A DNA stretch of 64,000 nucleotides from Lingula anatina (taxonomy: Eukaryota > Animalia > Brachiopoda). The translations under genes were made by a program, and so were the position numbers. Positions within the stretch are counted from its first letter, which is position 1. Each line of letters begins with the position of its first letter. Location of the stretch: positions 496,001 through 560,000 of the forward strand of contig JBPQGU010000013.1 in assembly GCA_051362555.1 (NCBI GenBank), in the 5' to 3' direction. Shown one piece after another: positions 41,801 through 52,400 of this stretch. Under the pieces are notes generated by a model. It was not told where the DNA came from, did not search any database, and worked only from the letters and a program-made list of their open reading frames with translations.

Positions 41801-42941
41801 ATCGGAGACGGGTCAATTTTTGGTAATTTTGAGTGATTTTGAACAGTGCCGGCACTGTGAGATTTCTTCAATTTTGGCCAGGTAGGGATGAAAATTTTTT
41901 TTCTTCATTATAGTGTCAGGTAGGTGTGTTCGGTCATTTGTAGTAAGAATAAAGTGCTGGAAGAGTGGTGGTGTCAACATTAAGGAAGAAATAGAGCAAA
42001 AACTCTCTCTCCCACCCCCCCTCTCAGATTCTGTTCTCAGAGCTTATTTTTGGATCATCTTTAAAGCTAGAATTGGGGGCCTTGATGAAGTGACCCGGGC
42101 GCGTTTCCACATTTTTTATGAATGACAGGTGTGGTAGATTGATTTTCCTCACTTTTTGGAAAAATCGGAGACGGGTCGATTTTTGGTGATTTTGAGTGAT
42201 TTTGAACAGTGCCGGCACTGTGAGATTTCTTTCAATTGGCCAGGTAGGGATGAAAATTTTTTTTCTTCATTATAGTGTCAGGTAGGTGTGTTCGGTCATT
42301 TGTAGTAAGAATAAAGTGCTGGAAGAGTGGTGGTGTCAACATTAAGGAAGAAATAGAGCAAAAACTCTCTCTCCACCCCCCCCTCTCAGATTCTGTTCTC
42401 AGAGCTTATTTTTGGATCATCTTTAAAGCTAGAATTGGGGGCCTTGATGAAGTGACCCGGGCGCGTTTCCACATTTTTTATGAATGACAGGTGTGGTAGA
42501 TTGATTTTCCTCACTTTGTGGAAAAATCGGAGACGGGTCGATTTTTGGTGATTTTGAGTGATTTTGAACAGTGCCGGCACTGTGAGATTTCTTCAATTTT
42601 GGCCAGGTAGGGATGAAAATTTTTTTTCTTCATTATAGTGTCAGGTAGGTGTGTTCGGTCATTTGTAGTAAGAATAAAGTGCTGGAAGAGTGGTGGTGTC
42701 AACATTAAGGAAGAAATAGAGCAAAAACTCTCTCTCCCCCCCCCCCCTCTCAGATTCTGTTCTCAGAGCTTATTTTTGGATCATCTTTAAAGCTAGAATT
42801 GGGGGCCTTGATGAAGTGACCCGGGCGCATTTCCACATTTTTTATGAATGACAGGTGTGGTAGATTGATTTTCCTCACTTTTTGGAAAAATCGGAGACGG
42901 GTCGATTTTTGGTGATTTTGAGTGATTTTGAACAGTGCCGG

Positions 42942-43431
42942 TGTCACGTGAAGAAACCGTCGTCGTGAATAAACCGTTCTGACGGATTATTCAAGCGGGG
43001 GTAGCAGTCTGTTGACTTACAGTACGTAGCTGCACATGCATTTCCAACATTTCCCCGTAGAGAAAGTTGTAGTATTATCAAACACACAATTTCTTTTTAA
43101 TGAAAATGACTGAACTCTGAATTGAAAGAACATTGTAGAGTGAAAACATTCGAGTCTACGATCTACCACGCTTTTCACACAGAGCAAAACAGTTCAGTCA
43201 CAATCAAAAGCTCACTTCCAACATTCCCCCGTATACTGTAGTAATAAGATTATCAAATACATACTCTCTCATGACGAAAGCCACTGAATTATGAATTGAA
43301 AGATCATAGTTCAGTGCAAACATAGCGCCTACTTAGGACGACATCGTCATACCGGAAGTTACTTCTTTCAATCTACCCTCAATGCGCATGTGCAGAACGG
43401 TTTCGTCACGGCACGGGTCTATCATGCCACA
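42942..43431. mobile_element. 490-bp non-autonomous DNA transposon, Ginger1-like (TGT...ACA, ~40-bp imperfect TIRs, CCGG TSD)
   Basis: CCGG is duplicated at 42938-42941 and 43432-43435, where the intact monomer has one CCGG at this site. The left end TGTCACGTGAAGAAACCGTCGTCGTGAATAAACCGTTCTG matches the reverse complement of the right end TGTGGCATGATAGACCCGT-GCCGTGACGAAACCGTTCTG at 29/40 positions. There is no long ORF. TGT termini, TIRs of ~40 bp or more and a CCGG TSD are the described hallmarks of Ginger1. Confidence 0.8.
43042..43332. repeat. Two diverged ~117-bp direct repeats inside the insertion (43042-43159 and 43216-43332)
   Basis: Shared blocks ttccaacatt(t/c)ccccgta, attatcaaa(c/t)aca, actgaa..(c/a)tgaattgaaaga and gtg(a/c)aaacat occur in the same order ~174 bp apart. 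Confidence 0.8.
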
Positions 43432-46400
43432 CCGGCACTGTGAGATTTCTTCAATTTTGGCCAGGTAGGGATGAAAATTTTTTTTCTTCATTATAGTGTC
43501 AGGTAGGTGTGTTCGGTCATTTGTAGTAAGAATAAAGTGCTGGAAGAGTGGTGGTGTCAACATTAAGGAAGAAATAGAGCAAAAACTCTCTCTCCCCCCC
43601 CCCCCTCTCAGATTCTGTTCTCAGAGCTTATTTTTGGATCATCTTTAAAGCTAGAATTGGGGGCCTTGATGAAGTGACCCGGGCACGTTTCCACATTTTT
43701 TATGAATGACAGGTGTGGTAGATTGATTTTCCTCACTTTTTGGAAAAATCGGAGACGGGTCGATTTTTGGTGATTTTGAGTGATTTTGAACAGTGCCGGC
43801 ACTGTGAGATTTCTTCAATTTTGGCCAGGTAGGGATGAAAATTTTTTTTCTTCATTATAGTGTCAGGTAGGTGTGTTCGGTCATTTGTAGTAAGAATAAA
43901 GTGCTGGAAGAGTGGTGGTGTCAACATTAAGGAAGAAATAGAGCAAAAACTCTCTCTCCCCCCCCCCCTCTCAGATTCTGTTCTCAAAGCTTATTTTTGG
44001 ATCATCTTTAAAGCTAGAATTGGGGGCCTTGATGAAGTGACCCGGGCGCGTTTCCACATTTTTTATGAATGACAGGTGTGGTAGATTGATTTTCCTCACT
44101 TTTTGGAAAAATCGGAGACGGGTCGATTTTTGGTGATTTTGAGTGATTTTGAACAGTGCCGGCACTGTGAGATTTCTTCAATTTTGGCCAGGTAGGGATG
44201 AAAATTTTTTTTCTTCATTATTGTGTCAGGTAGGTGTGTTCGGTCATTTGTAGTAAGAATAAAGTGCTGGAAGAGTGGTGGTGTCAACATTAAGGAAGAA
44301 ATAGAGCAAAAACTCTCTCTCCCCCCCCCCCCTCTCAGATTCTGTTCTCAGAGCTTATTTTTGGATCATCTTTAAAGCTAGAATTGGGGGCCTTGATGAA
44401 GTGACCCGGGCGCATTTCCACATTTTTTATGAATGACAGGTGTGGTAGATTGATTTTCCTCACTTTTTGGAAAAATCGGAGACGGGTCGATTTTTGGTGA
44501 TTTTGAGTGATTTTGAACAGTGCCGGCACTGTGAGATTTCTTCAATTTTGGCCAGGTAGGGATGAAAATTTTTTTTCTTCATTATAGTGTCAGGTAGGTG
44601 TGTTCGGTCATTTGTAGTAAGAATAAAGTGCTGGAAGAGTGGTGGTGTCAACATTAAGGAAGAAATAGAGCAAAAACTCTCTCTCCCCCCCCCCCCTCTC
44701 AGATTCTGTTCTCAGAGCTTATTTTTGGATCATCTTTAAAGCTAGAATTGGGGGCCTTGATGAAGTGACCCGGGCGCGTTTCCACATTTTTTATGAATGA
44801 CAGGTGTGGTAGATTGATTTTCCTCACTTTTTGGAAAAATCGGAGACGGGTCGATTTTTGGTGATTTTGAGTGATTTTGAACAGTGCCGGCACTGTGAGA
44901 TTTCTTCAATTTTGGCCAGGTAGGGATGAAAATTTTTTTTCTTCATTATAGTGTCAGGTAGGTGTGTTCGGTCATTTGTAGTAAGAATAAAGTGCTGGAA
45001 GAGTGGTGGTGTCAACATTAAGGAAGAAATAGAGCAAAAACTCTCTCCCCCCCCCCCTCTCAGATTCTGTTCTCAGAGCTTCTTTTTGGATCATCTTTAA
45101 AGCTAGAATTGGGGGCCTTGATGAAGTGACCCGGGCGCGTTTCCACATTTTTTATGAATGACAGGTGTGGTAGATTGATTTTCCTCACTTTTTGGAAAAA
45201 TCGGAGACGGGTCGATTTTTGGTGATTTTGAGTGATTTTGAACAGTGCCGGCACTGTGAGATTTCTTCAATTTTGGCCAGGTAGGGATGAAAATTTTTTT
45301 TCTTCATTATAGTGTCAGGTAGGTGTGTTCGGTCATTTGTAGTAAGAATAAAGTGCTGGAAGAGTGGTGGTGTCAACATTAAGGAAGAAATAGAGCAAAA
45401 ACTCTCTCTCCCCCCCCCCCCCCCCCTCTCAGATTCTGTTCTCAGAGCTTATTTTTGGATCATCTTTAAAGCTAGAATTGGGGGCCTTGATGAAGTGACC
45501 CGGGCGCGTTTCCACATTTTTTATGAATGACAGGTGTGGTAGATTGATTTTCCTCACTTTTTGGAAAAATCGGAGACGGGTCGATTTTTGGTGATTTTGA
45601 GTGATTTTGAACAGTGCCGGCACTGTGAGATTTCTTCAATTTTGGCCAGGTAGGGATGAAAATTTTTTTTCTTCATTATAGTGTCAGGTAGGTGTGTTCG
45701 GTCATTTGTAGTAAGAATAAAGTGCTGGAAGAGTGGTGGTGTCAACATTAAGGAAGAAATAGAGCAAAAACTCTCTCTCCCACCCCCCCCTCTCAGATTC
45801 TGTTCTCAGAGCTTATTTTTGGATCATCTTTAAAGCTAGAATTGGGGGCCTTGATGAAGTGACCCGGGCGCGTTTCCACATTTTTTATGAATGACAGGTG
45901 TGGTAGATTGATTTTCCTCACTTTTTGGAAAAATCGGAGACGGGTCGATTTTTGGTGATTTTGAGTGATTTTGAACAGTGCCGGCACTGTGAGATTTCTT
46001 TCAATTGGCCAGGTAGGGATGAAAATTTTTTTTCTTCATTATAGTGTCAGGTAGGTGTGTTCTGTGTTCGGTCATTTGTAGTAAGAATAAAGTGCTGGAA
46101 GAGTGGTGGTGTCAACATTAAGGAAGAAATAGAGCAAAATCTCTCTCTCCCCCCCCCCTCTCAGATTCTGTTCTCAGAGCTTATTTTTGGATCATCTTTA
46201 AAGCTAGAATTGGGGGCCTTGATGAAGTGACCCGGGCGCGTTTCCACATTTTTTATGAATGACAGGTGTGGTAGATTGATTTTCCTCACTTTTTGGAAAA
46301 ATCGGAGACGGGTCGATTTTTGGTGATTTTGAGTGATTTTGAACAGTGCCGGCACTGTGAGATTTCTTCAATTTTGGCCAGGTAGGGATGAAAATTTTTT

Positions 46401-49400
46401 TTCTTCATTATAGTGTCAGGTAGGTGTGTTCGGTCATTTGTAGTAAGAATAAAGTGCTGGAAGAGTGGTGGTGTCAACATTAAGGAAGAAATAGAGCAAA
46501 AACTCTCTCTCCCCCCCCCTCTCAGATTCTGTTCTCAGAGCTTATTTTTGGATCATCTTTAAAGCTAGAATTGGGGGCCTTGATGAAGTGACCCGGGCGC
46601 GTTTCCACATTTTTTATGAATGACAGGTGTGGTAGATTGATTTTCCTCACTTTTTTGAAAAATCGGAGACGGGTCGATTTTTGGTGATTTTGAGTGATTT
46701 TGAACAGTGCCGGCACTGTGAGATTTCTTCAATTTTGGCCAGGTAGGGATGAAAATTTTTTTTCTTCATTATAGTGTCAGGTAGGTGTGTTCGGTCATTT
46801 GTAGTAAGAATAAAGTGCTGGAAGAGTGGTGGTGTCAACATTAAGGAAGAAATAGAGCAAAAACTCTCTCTCCCCCCCCCCTCTCAGATTCTGTTCTCAG
46901 AGCTTATTTTTGGATCATCTTTAAAGCTAGAATTGGGGGCCTTGATGAAGTGACCCGGGCGCGTTTCCACATTTTTTATGAATGACAGGTGTGGTAGATT
47001 GATTTTCCTCACTTTTTGGAAAAATCGGAGACGGGTCGATTTTTGGTGATTTTGAGTGATTTTGAACAGTGCCGGCACTGTGAGATTTCTTCAATTTTGG
47101 CCAGGTAGGGATGAAAATTTTTTTTCTTCATTATAGTGTCAGGTAGGTGTGTTCGGTCATTTGTAGTAAGAATAAAGTGCTGGAAGAGTGGTGGTGTCAA
47201 CATTAAGGAAGAAATAGAGCAAAAACTCTCTCTCCCCCCCCCCTCTCAGATTCTGTTCTCAGAGCTTATTTTTGGATCATCTTTAAAGCTAGAATTGGGG
47301 GCCTTGATGAAGTGACCCGGGCCATTTCCACATTTTTTATGAATGACAGGTGTGGTAGATTGATTTTCCTCACTTTTTGGAAAAATCGGAGACGGGTCGA
47401 TTTTTGGTGATTTTGAGTGATTTTGAACAGTGCCGGCACTGTGAGATTTCTTCAATTTTGGCCAGGTAGGGATGAAAATTTTTTTTCTTCATTATAGTGT
47501 CAGGTAGGTGTGTTCGGTCATTTGTAGTAAGAATAAAGTGCTGGAAGAGTGGTGGTGTCAACATTAAGGAAGAAATAGAGCAAAAACTCTCTCTCTCCCC
47601 CCCCCCCTCTCAGATTCTGTTCTCAGAGCTTATTTTTGGATCATCTTTAAAGCTAGAATTGGGGGCCTTGATGAAGTGACCCGGGCGCGTTTCCACATTT
47701 TTTATGAATGACAGGTGTGGTAGATTGATTTTCCTCACTTTTTGGAAAAATCGGAGACGGGTCGATTTTTGGTGATTTTGAGTGATTTTGAACAGTGCCG
47801 GCACTGTGAGATTTCTTCAATTTTGGCCAGGTAGGGATGAAAATTTTTTTTCTTCATTATAGTGTCAGGTAGGTGTGTTCGGTCATTTGTAGTAAGAATA
47901 AAGTGCTGGAAGAGTGGTGGTGTCAACATTAAGGAAGAAATAGAGCAAAAACTCTCTCTCCCCCCCCCTCTCAGATTCTGTTCTCAGAGCTTATTTTTGG
48001 ATCATCTTTAAAGCTAGAATTGGGGGCCTTGATGAAGTGACCCGGGCGCGTTTCTACATTTTTTATGAATGACAGGTGTGGTAGATTGATTTTCGTCACT
48101 TTTTGGAAAAATCGGAGACGGGTCGATTTTTGGTGATTTTGAGTGATTTTGAACAGTGCCAGCACTGTGAGATTTCTTCAATTTTGGCCAGGTAGGGATG
48201 AAATTTTTTTTTCTTCATTATAGTGTCAGGTAGGTGTGGTCGTTCATTTGTAGTAAGAATAAAGTGCTGGAAGAGTGGTGGTGTCAACATTAAGGAAGAA
48301 ATAGAGCAAAAACTCTCTCTCCCCCCCCCCCCCCTCTCAGATTCTGTTCTCAGAGCTTATTTTTGGATCATCTTTAAAGCTAGAATTGGGGGCCTTGATG
48401 AAGTGACCTGGGCGCGTTTCCACATTTTTTATGAATGACAGGTGTGGTAGATTGATTTTCGTCACTTTTTGGAAAAATCGGAGACGGGTCGATTTTTGGT
48501 GATTTTGAGTGATTTTGAACAGTGCCGGCACTGTGAGATTTCTTCAATTTTGGCCAGGTAGGGACTAAATTTTTTTTCTTCATTATAGTGTCAGGTAGGT
48601 GTGTTCGGTCATTTGTAGTAAGAATAAAGTGCTGGAAGAGTGGTGGTGTCAACATTAAGGAAGAAATAGAGCAAAAACTCTCTCTCCCCCCCCCCCTCTC
48701 AGATTCTGTTCTCAGAGCTTATTTTTGGATCATCTTTAAAGCTAGAATTGGGGGCCTTGATGAAGTGACCCGGGCGCGTTTCCACATTTTTTATGAATGA
48801 CAGGTGTGGTAGATTGATTTTCGTCACTTTTTGGAAAAATCGGAGACGGGTCGATTTTTGGTGATTTTGAGTGATTTTGAACAGTGCCGGCACTGTGAGA
48901 TTTCTTCAATTTTGGCCAGGTAGGGATGAAATTTTTTTTTCTTCATTATAGTGTCAGGTAGGTGTGTTCGGTCATTTGTAGTAAGAATAAAGTGCTGGAA
49001 GAGTGGTGGTGTCAACATTAAGGAAGAAATAGAGCAAAAACTCTCTCTCCCCCCCTCTCTCAGATTCTGTTCTCAGAGCTTATTTTTGGATCATCTTTAA
49101 AGCTAGAATTGGGGGCCTTGATGAAGTGACCCGGGCGCGTTTCCACATTTTTTATGAATGACAGGTGTGGTAGATTGATTTTCGTCACTTTTTGGAAAAA
49201 TCGGAGACGGGTCGATTTTTGGTGATTTTGAGTGATTTTGAACCGTGCCTGCACTGTGAGATTTCTTCAGTTTTGGCCAGGTAGGGATGAAAATTTTTTT
49301 TCTTCATTATAGTGTCAGGTAGGTGTGTTCTGTCATTTGTAGTAAGAATAAAGTGCTGGAAGAGTGGTGGTGTCAACATTAAGGAAGAAATAGAGCAAAA

Positions 49401-52400
49401 ACTCTCTCTCCCCCCCCCCCCCCCTCTCAGATTCTGTTCTCAGAGCTTATTTTTGGATCATCTTTAAAGCTAGAATTGGGGGCCTTGATGAAGTGACCCG
49501 GGCGCGTTTCCACATTTTTTATGAATGACAGGTGTGGTAGATTGATTTTCGTCACTTTTTGGAAAAATCGGAGACGGGTCGATTTTTGGTGATTTTGAGT
49601 GATTTTGAACAGTGCCGGCACTGTGAGATTTCTTCAATTTTGGCCAGGTAGGGATGAAATTTTTTTTTTCTTCATTATAGTGTCAGGTAGGTGTGTTCGG
49701 TCATTTGTAGTAAGAATAAAGTGCTGGAAGAGTGGTGGTGTCAACATTAAGGAAGAAATAGAGCAAAAACTCTCTCTCCCCCCCCCCTCTCAGATTCTGT
49801 TCTCAGAGCTTATTTTTGGATCATCTTTAAAGCTAGAATTGGGGGCCTTGATGAAGTGACCCGGGCGCGTTTCCACATTTTTTATGAATGACAGGTGTGG
49901 TAGATTAATTTTCGTCACTTTTTGGAAAAATCGGAGACGGGTCGATTTTTGGTGATTTTGAGTGATTTTGAACAGTGCCGGCACTGTGAGATTTCTTCAA
50001 TTTTGGCCAGGTAGGGATGAAAATTTTTTTTCTTCATTATAGTGTCAGGTAGGTGTGTTCGGTCATTTGTAGTAAGAATAAAGTGCTGGAAGAGTGGTGG
50101 TGTCAACATTAAGGAAGAAATAGAGCAAAAACTCTCTCTCCCCCCCCCCTCTCAGATTCTGTTCTCAGAGCTTATTTTTGGATCATCTTTAAAGCTAGAA
50201 TTGGGGGCCTTGATGAAGTGACCCGGGCGCGTTTCCACATTTTTTATGAATGACAGGTGTGGTAGATTGATTTTCGTCACTTTTTGGAAAAATCGGAGAC
50301 GGGTCGATTTTTGGTGATTTTGAGTGATTTTGAACAGTGCCGGCACTGTGAGATTTCTTCAATTTTGGCCAGGTAGGGATGAAATTTTTTTTTCTTCATT
50401 ATAGTGTCAGGTAGGTGTGTTCGGTCATTTGTAGTAAGAATAAAGTGCTGGAAGAGTGGTGGTGTCAACATTAAGGAAGAAATAGAGCAAAAACTCTCTC
50501 TCCCCCCCCCCTCTCAGATTCTGTTCTCAGAGCTTATTTTTGGATCATCTTTAAAGCTAGAATAGGGGGCCTTGATGAAGTGACCCGGGCGCGTTTCCAC
50601 ATTTTTTATGAATGACAGGTGTGGTAGATTGATTTTCGTCACTTTTTGGAAAAATCGGAGACGGGTCGATTTTTGGTGATTTTGAGTGATTTTGAACAGT
50701 GCCGGCACTGTGAGATTTCTTCAATTTTGGCCAGGTAGGGATGAAAATTTTTTTTCTTCATTATAGTGTCAGGTAGGTGTGTTCGGTCATTTGTAGTAAG
50801 AATAAAGTGCTGGAAGAGTGGTGGTGTCAACATTAAGGAAGAAATAGAGCAAAAACTCTCTCTCCCCCCCCCTCTCAGATTCTGTTCTCAGAGCTTATTT
50901 TTGGATCATCTTTAAAGCTAGAATTGGGGGCCTTGATGAAGTGACCAGGGCGCGTTTCCACATTTTTTATGAATGACAGGTGTGGTAGATTGATTTTCGT
51001 CACTTTTTGGAAAAATCGGAGACTGGTCGATTTTTGGTGATTTTGAGTGATTTTGAACAGTGCCGGCACTGTGAGATTTCTTCAATTTTGGCCAGGTAGG
51101 GATGAAAATTTTTTTTCTTCATTATAGTGTCAGGTAGGTGTGTTCGGTCATTTGTAGTAAGAATAAAGTGCTGGAAGAGTGGTGGTGTCAACATTAAGGA
51201 AGAAATAGAGCAAAAACTCTCTCTCCCCCCCCCCCCTCTCAGATTCTGTTCTCAGAGCTTATTTTTGGATCATCTTTAAAAAGCTAGAATTGGGGGCCTC
51301 GATGAAGTGACCCGGGCGCGTTTCCACATTTTTTATGAATGACAGGTGTGGTAGATTGATTTTCGTCACTTTTTGGAAAAATCGGAGACGGGTCGATTTT
51401 TGGTGATTTTGAGTGATTTTGAACAGTGCCGGCACTGTGAGATTTCTTCAATTTTGGCCAGGTAGGGATGAAAATTTTTTTTCTTCATTATAGTGTCAGG
51501 TAGGTGTGTTCGGTCATTTGTAGTAAGAATAAAGTGCTGGAAGAGTGGTGGTGTCAACATTAAGGAAGAAATAGAGCAAAAACTCTCTCTCCCCCCCCCC
51601 CCCTCTCAGATTCTGTTCTCAGAGCTTATTTTTGGATCATCTTTAAAGCTAGAATAGGGGGCCTTGATGAAGTGACCCGGGCGCGTTTCCACATTTTTTA
51701 TGAATGACAGGTGTGGTAGATTGATTTTCGTCACTTTTTGGAAAAATCGGAGACGGGTCGATTTTTGGTGATTTTGAGTGATTTTGAACAGTGCCGGCAC
51801 TGTGAGATTTCTTCAATTTTGGCCAGGTAGGGATGAAAATTTTTTTTCTTCATTATAGTGTCAGGTAGGTGTGTTCGGTCATTTGTAGTAAGAATAAAGT
51901 GCTGGAAGAGTGGTGGTGTCAACATTAAGGAAGAAATAGAGCAAAAACTCTCTCTCCCCCCCCTCTCAGATTCTGTTCTCAGAGCTTATTTTTGGATCAT
52001 CTTTAAAGCTAGAATTGGGGGCCTTGATGAAGTGACCAGGGCGCGTTTCCACATTTTTTATGAATGACAGGTGTGGTAGATTGATTTTCGTCACTTTTTG
52101 GAAAAATCGGAGACTGGTCGATTTTTGGTGATTTTGAGTGATTTTGAACAGTGCCGGCACTGTGAGATTTCTTCAATTTTGGCCAGGTAGGGATGAAAAT
52201 TTTTTTTCTTCATTATAGTGTCAGGTAGGTGTGTTCGGTCATTTGTAGTAAGAATAAAGTGCTGGAAGAGTGGTGGTGTCAACATTAAGGAAGAAAAAGA
52301 GCAAAAACTCTCTCTCCCCCCCCCCCTCTCAGATTCTGTTCTCAGAGCTTATTTTTGGATCATCTTTAAAAAGCTAGAATTGGGGGCCTTGATGAAGTGA

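Noticed and set aside
42942-43431. Solo LTR interpretation of the insertion
   Set aside because: TG...CA ends with a 4-bp TSD would fit, but ~40-bp inverted ends with repeated motifs and a CCGG TSD fit Ginger1 better. It is disfavoured, not excluded.
43333-43563. 76-aa ORF crossing the insertion junction
   Set aside because: It is a chimeric read-through of a satellite ORF into the element end, with no transposase motifs.
46056-46069. 7-bp tandem duplication tgtgttc in one monomer
   Set aside because: It is a single ordinary slippage event with no TSD-plus-insert structure.
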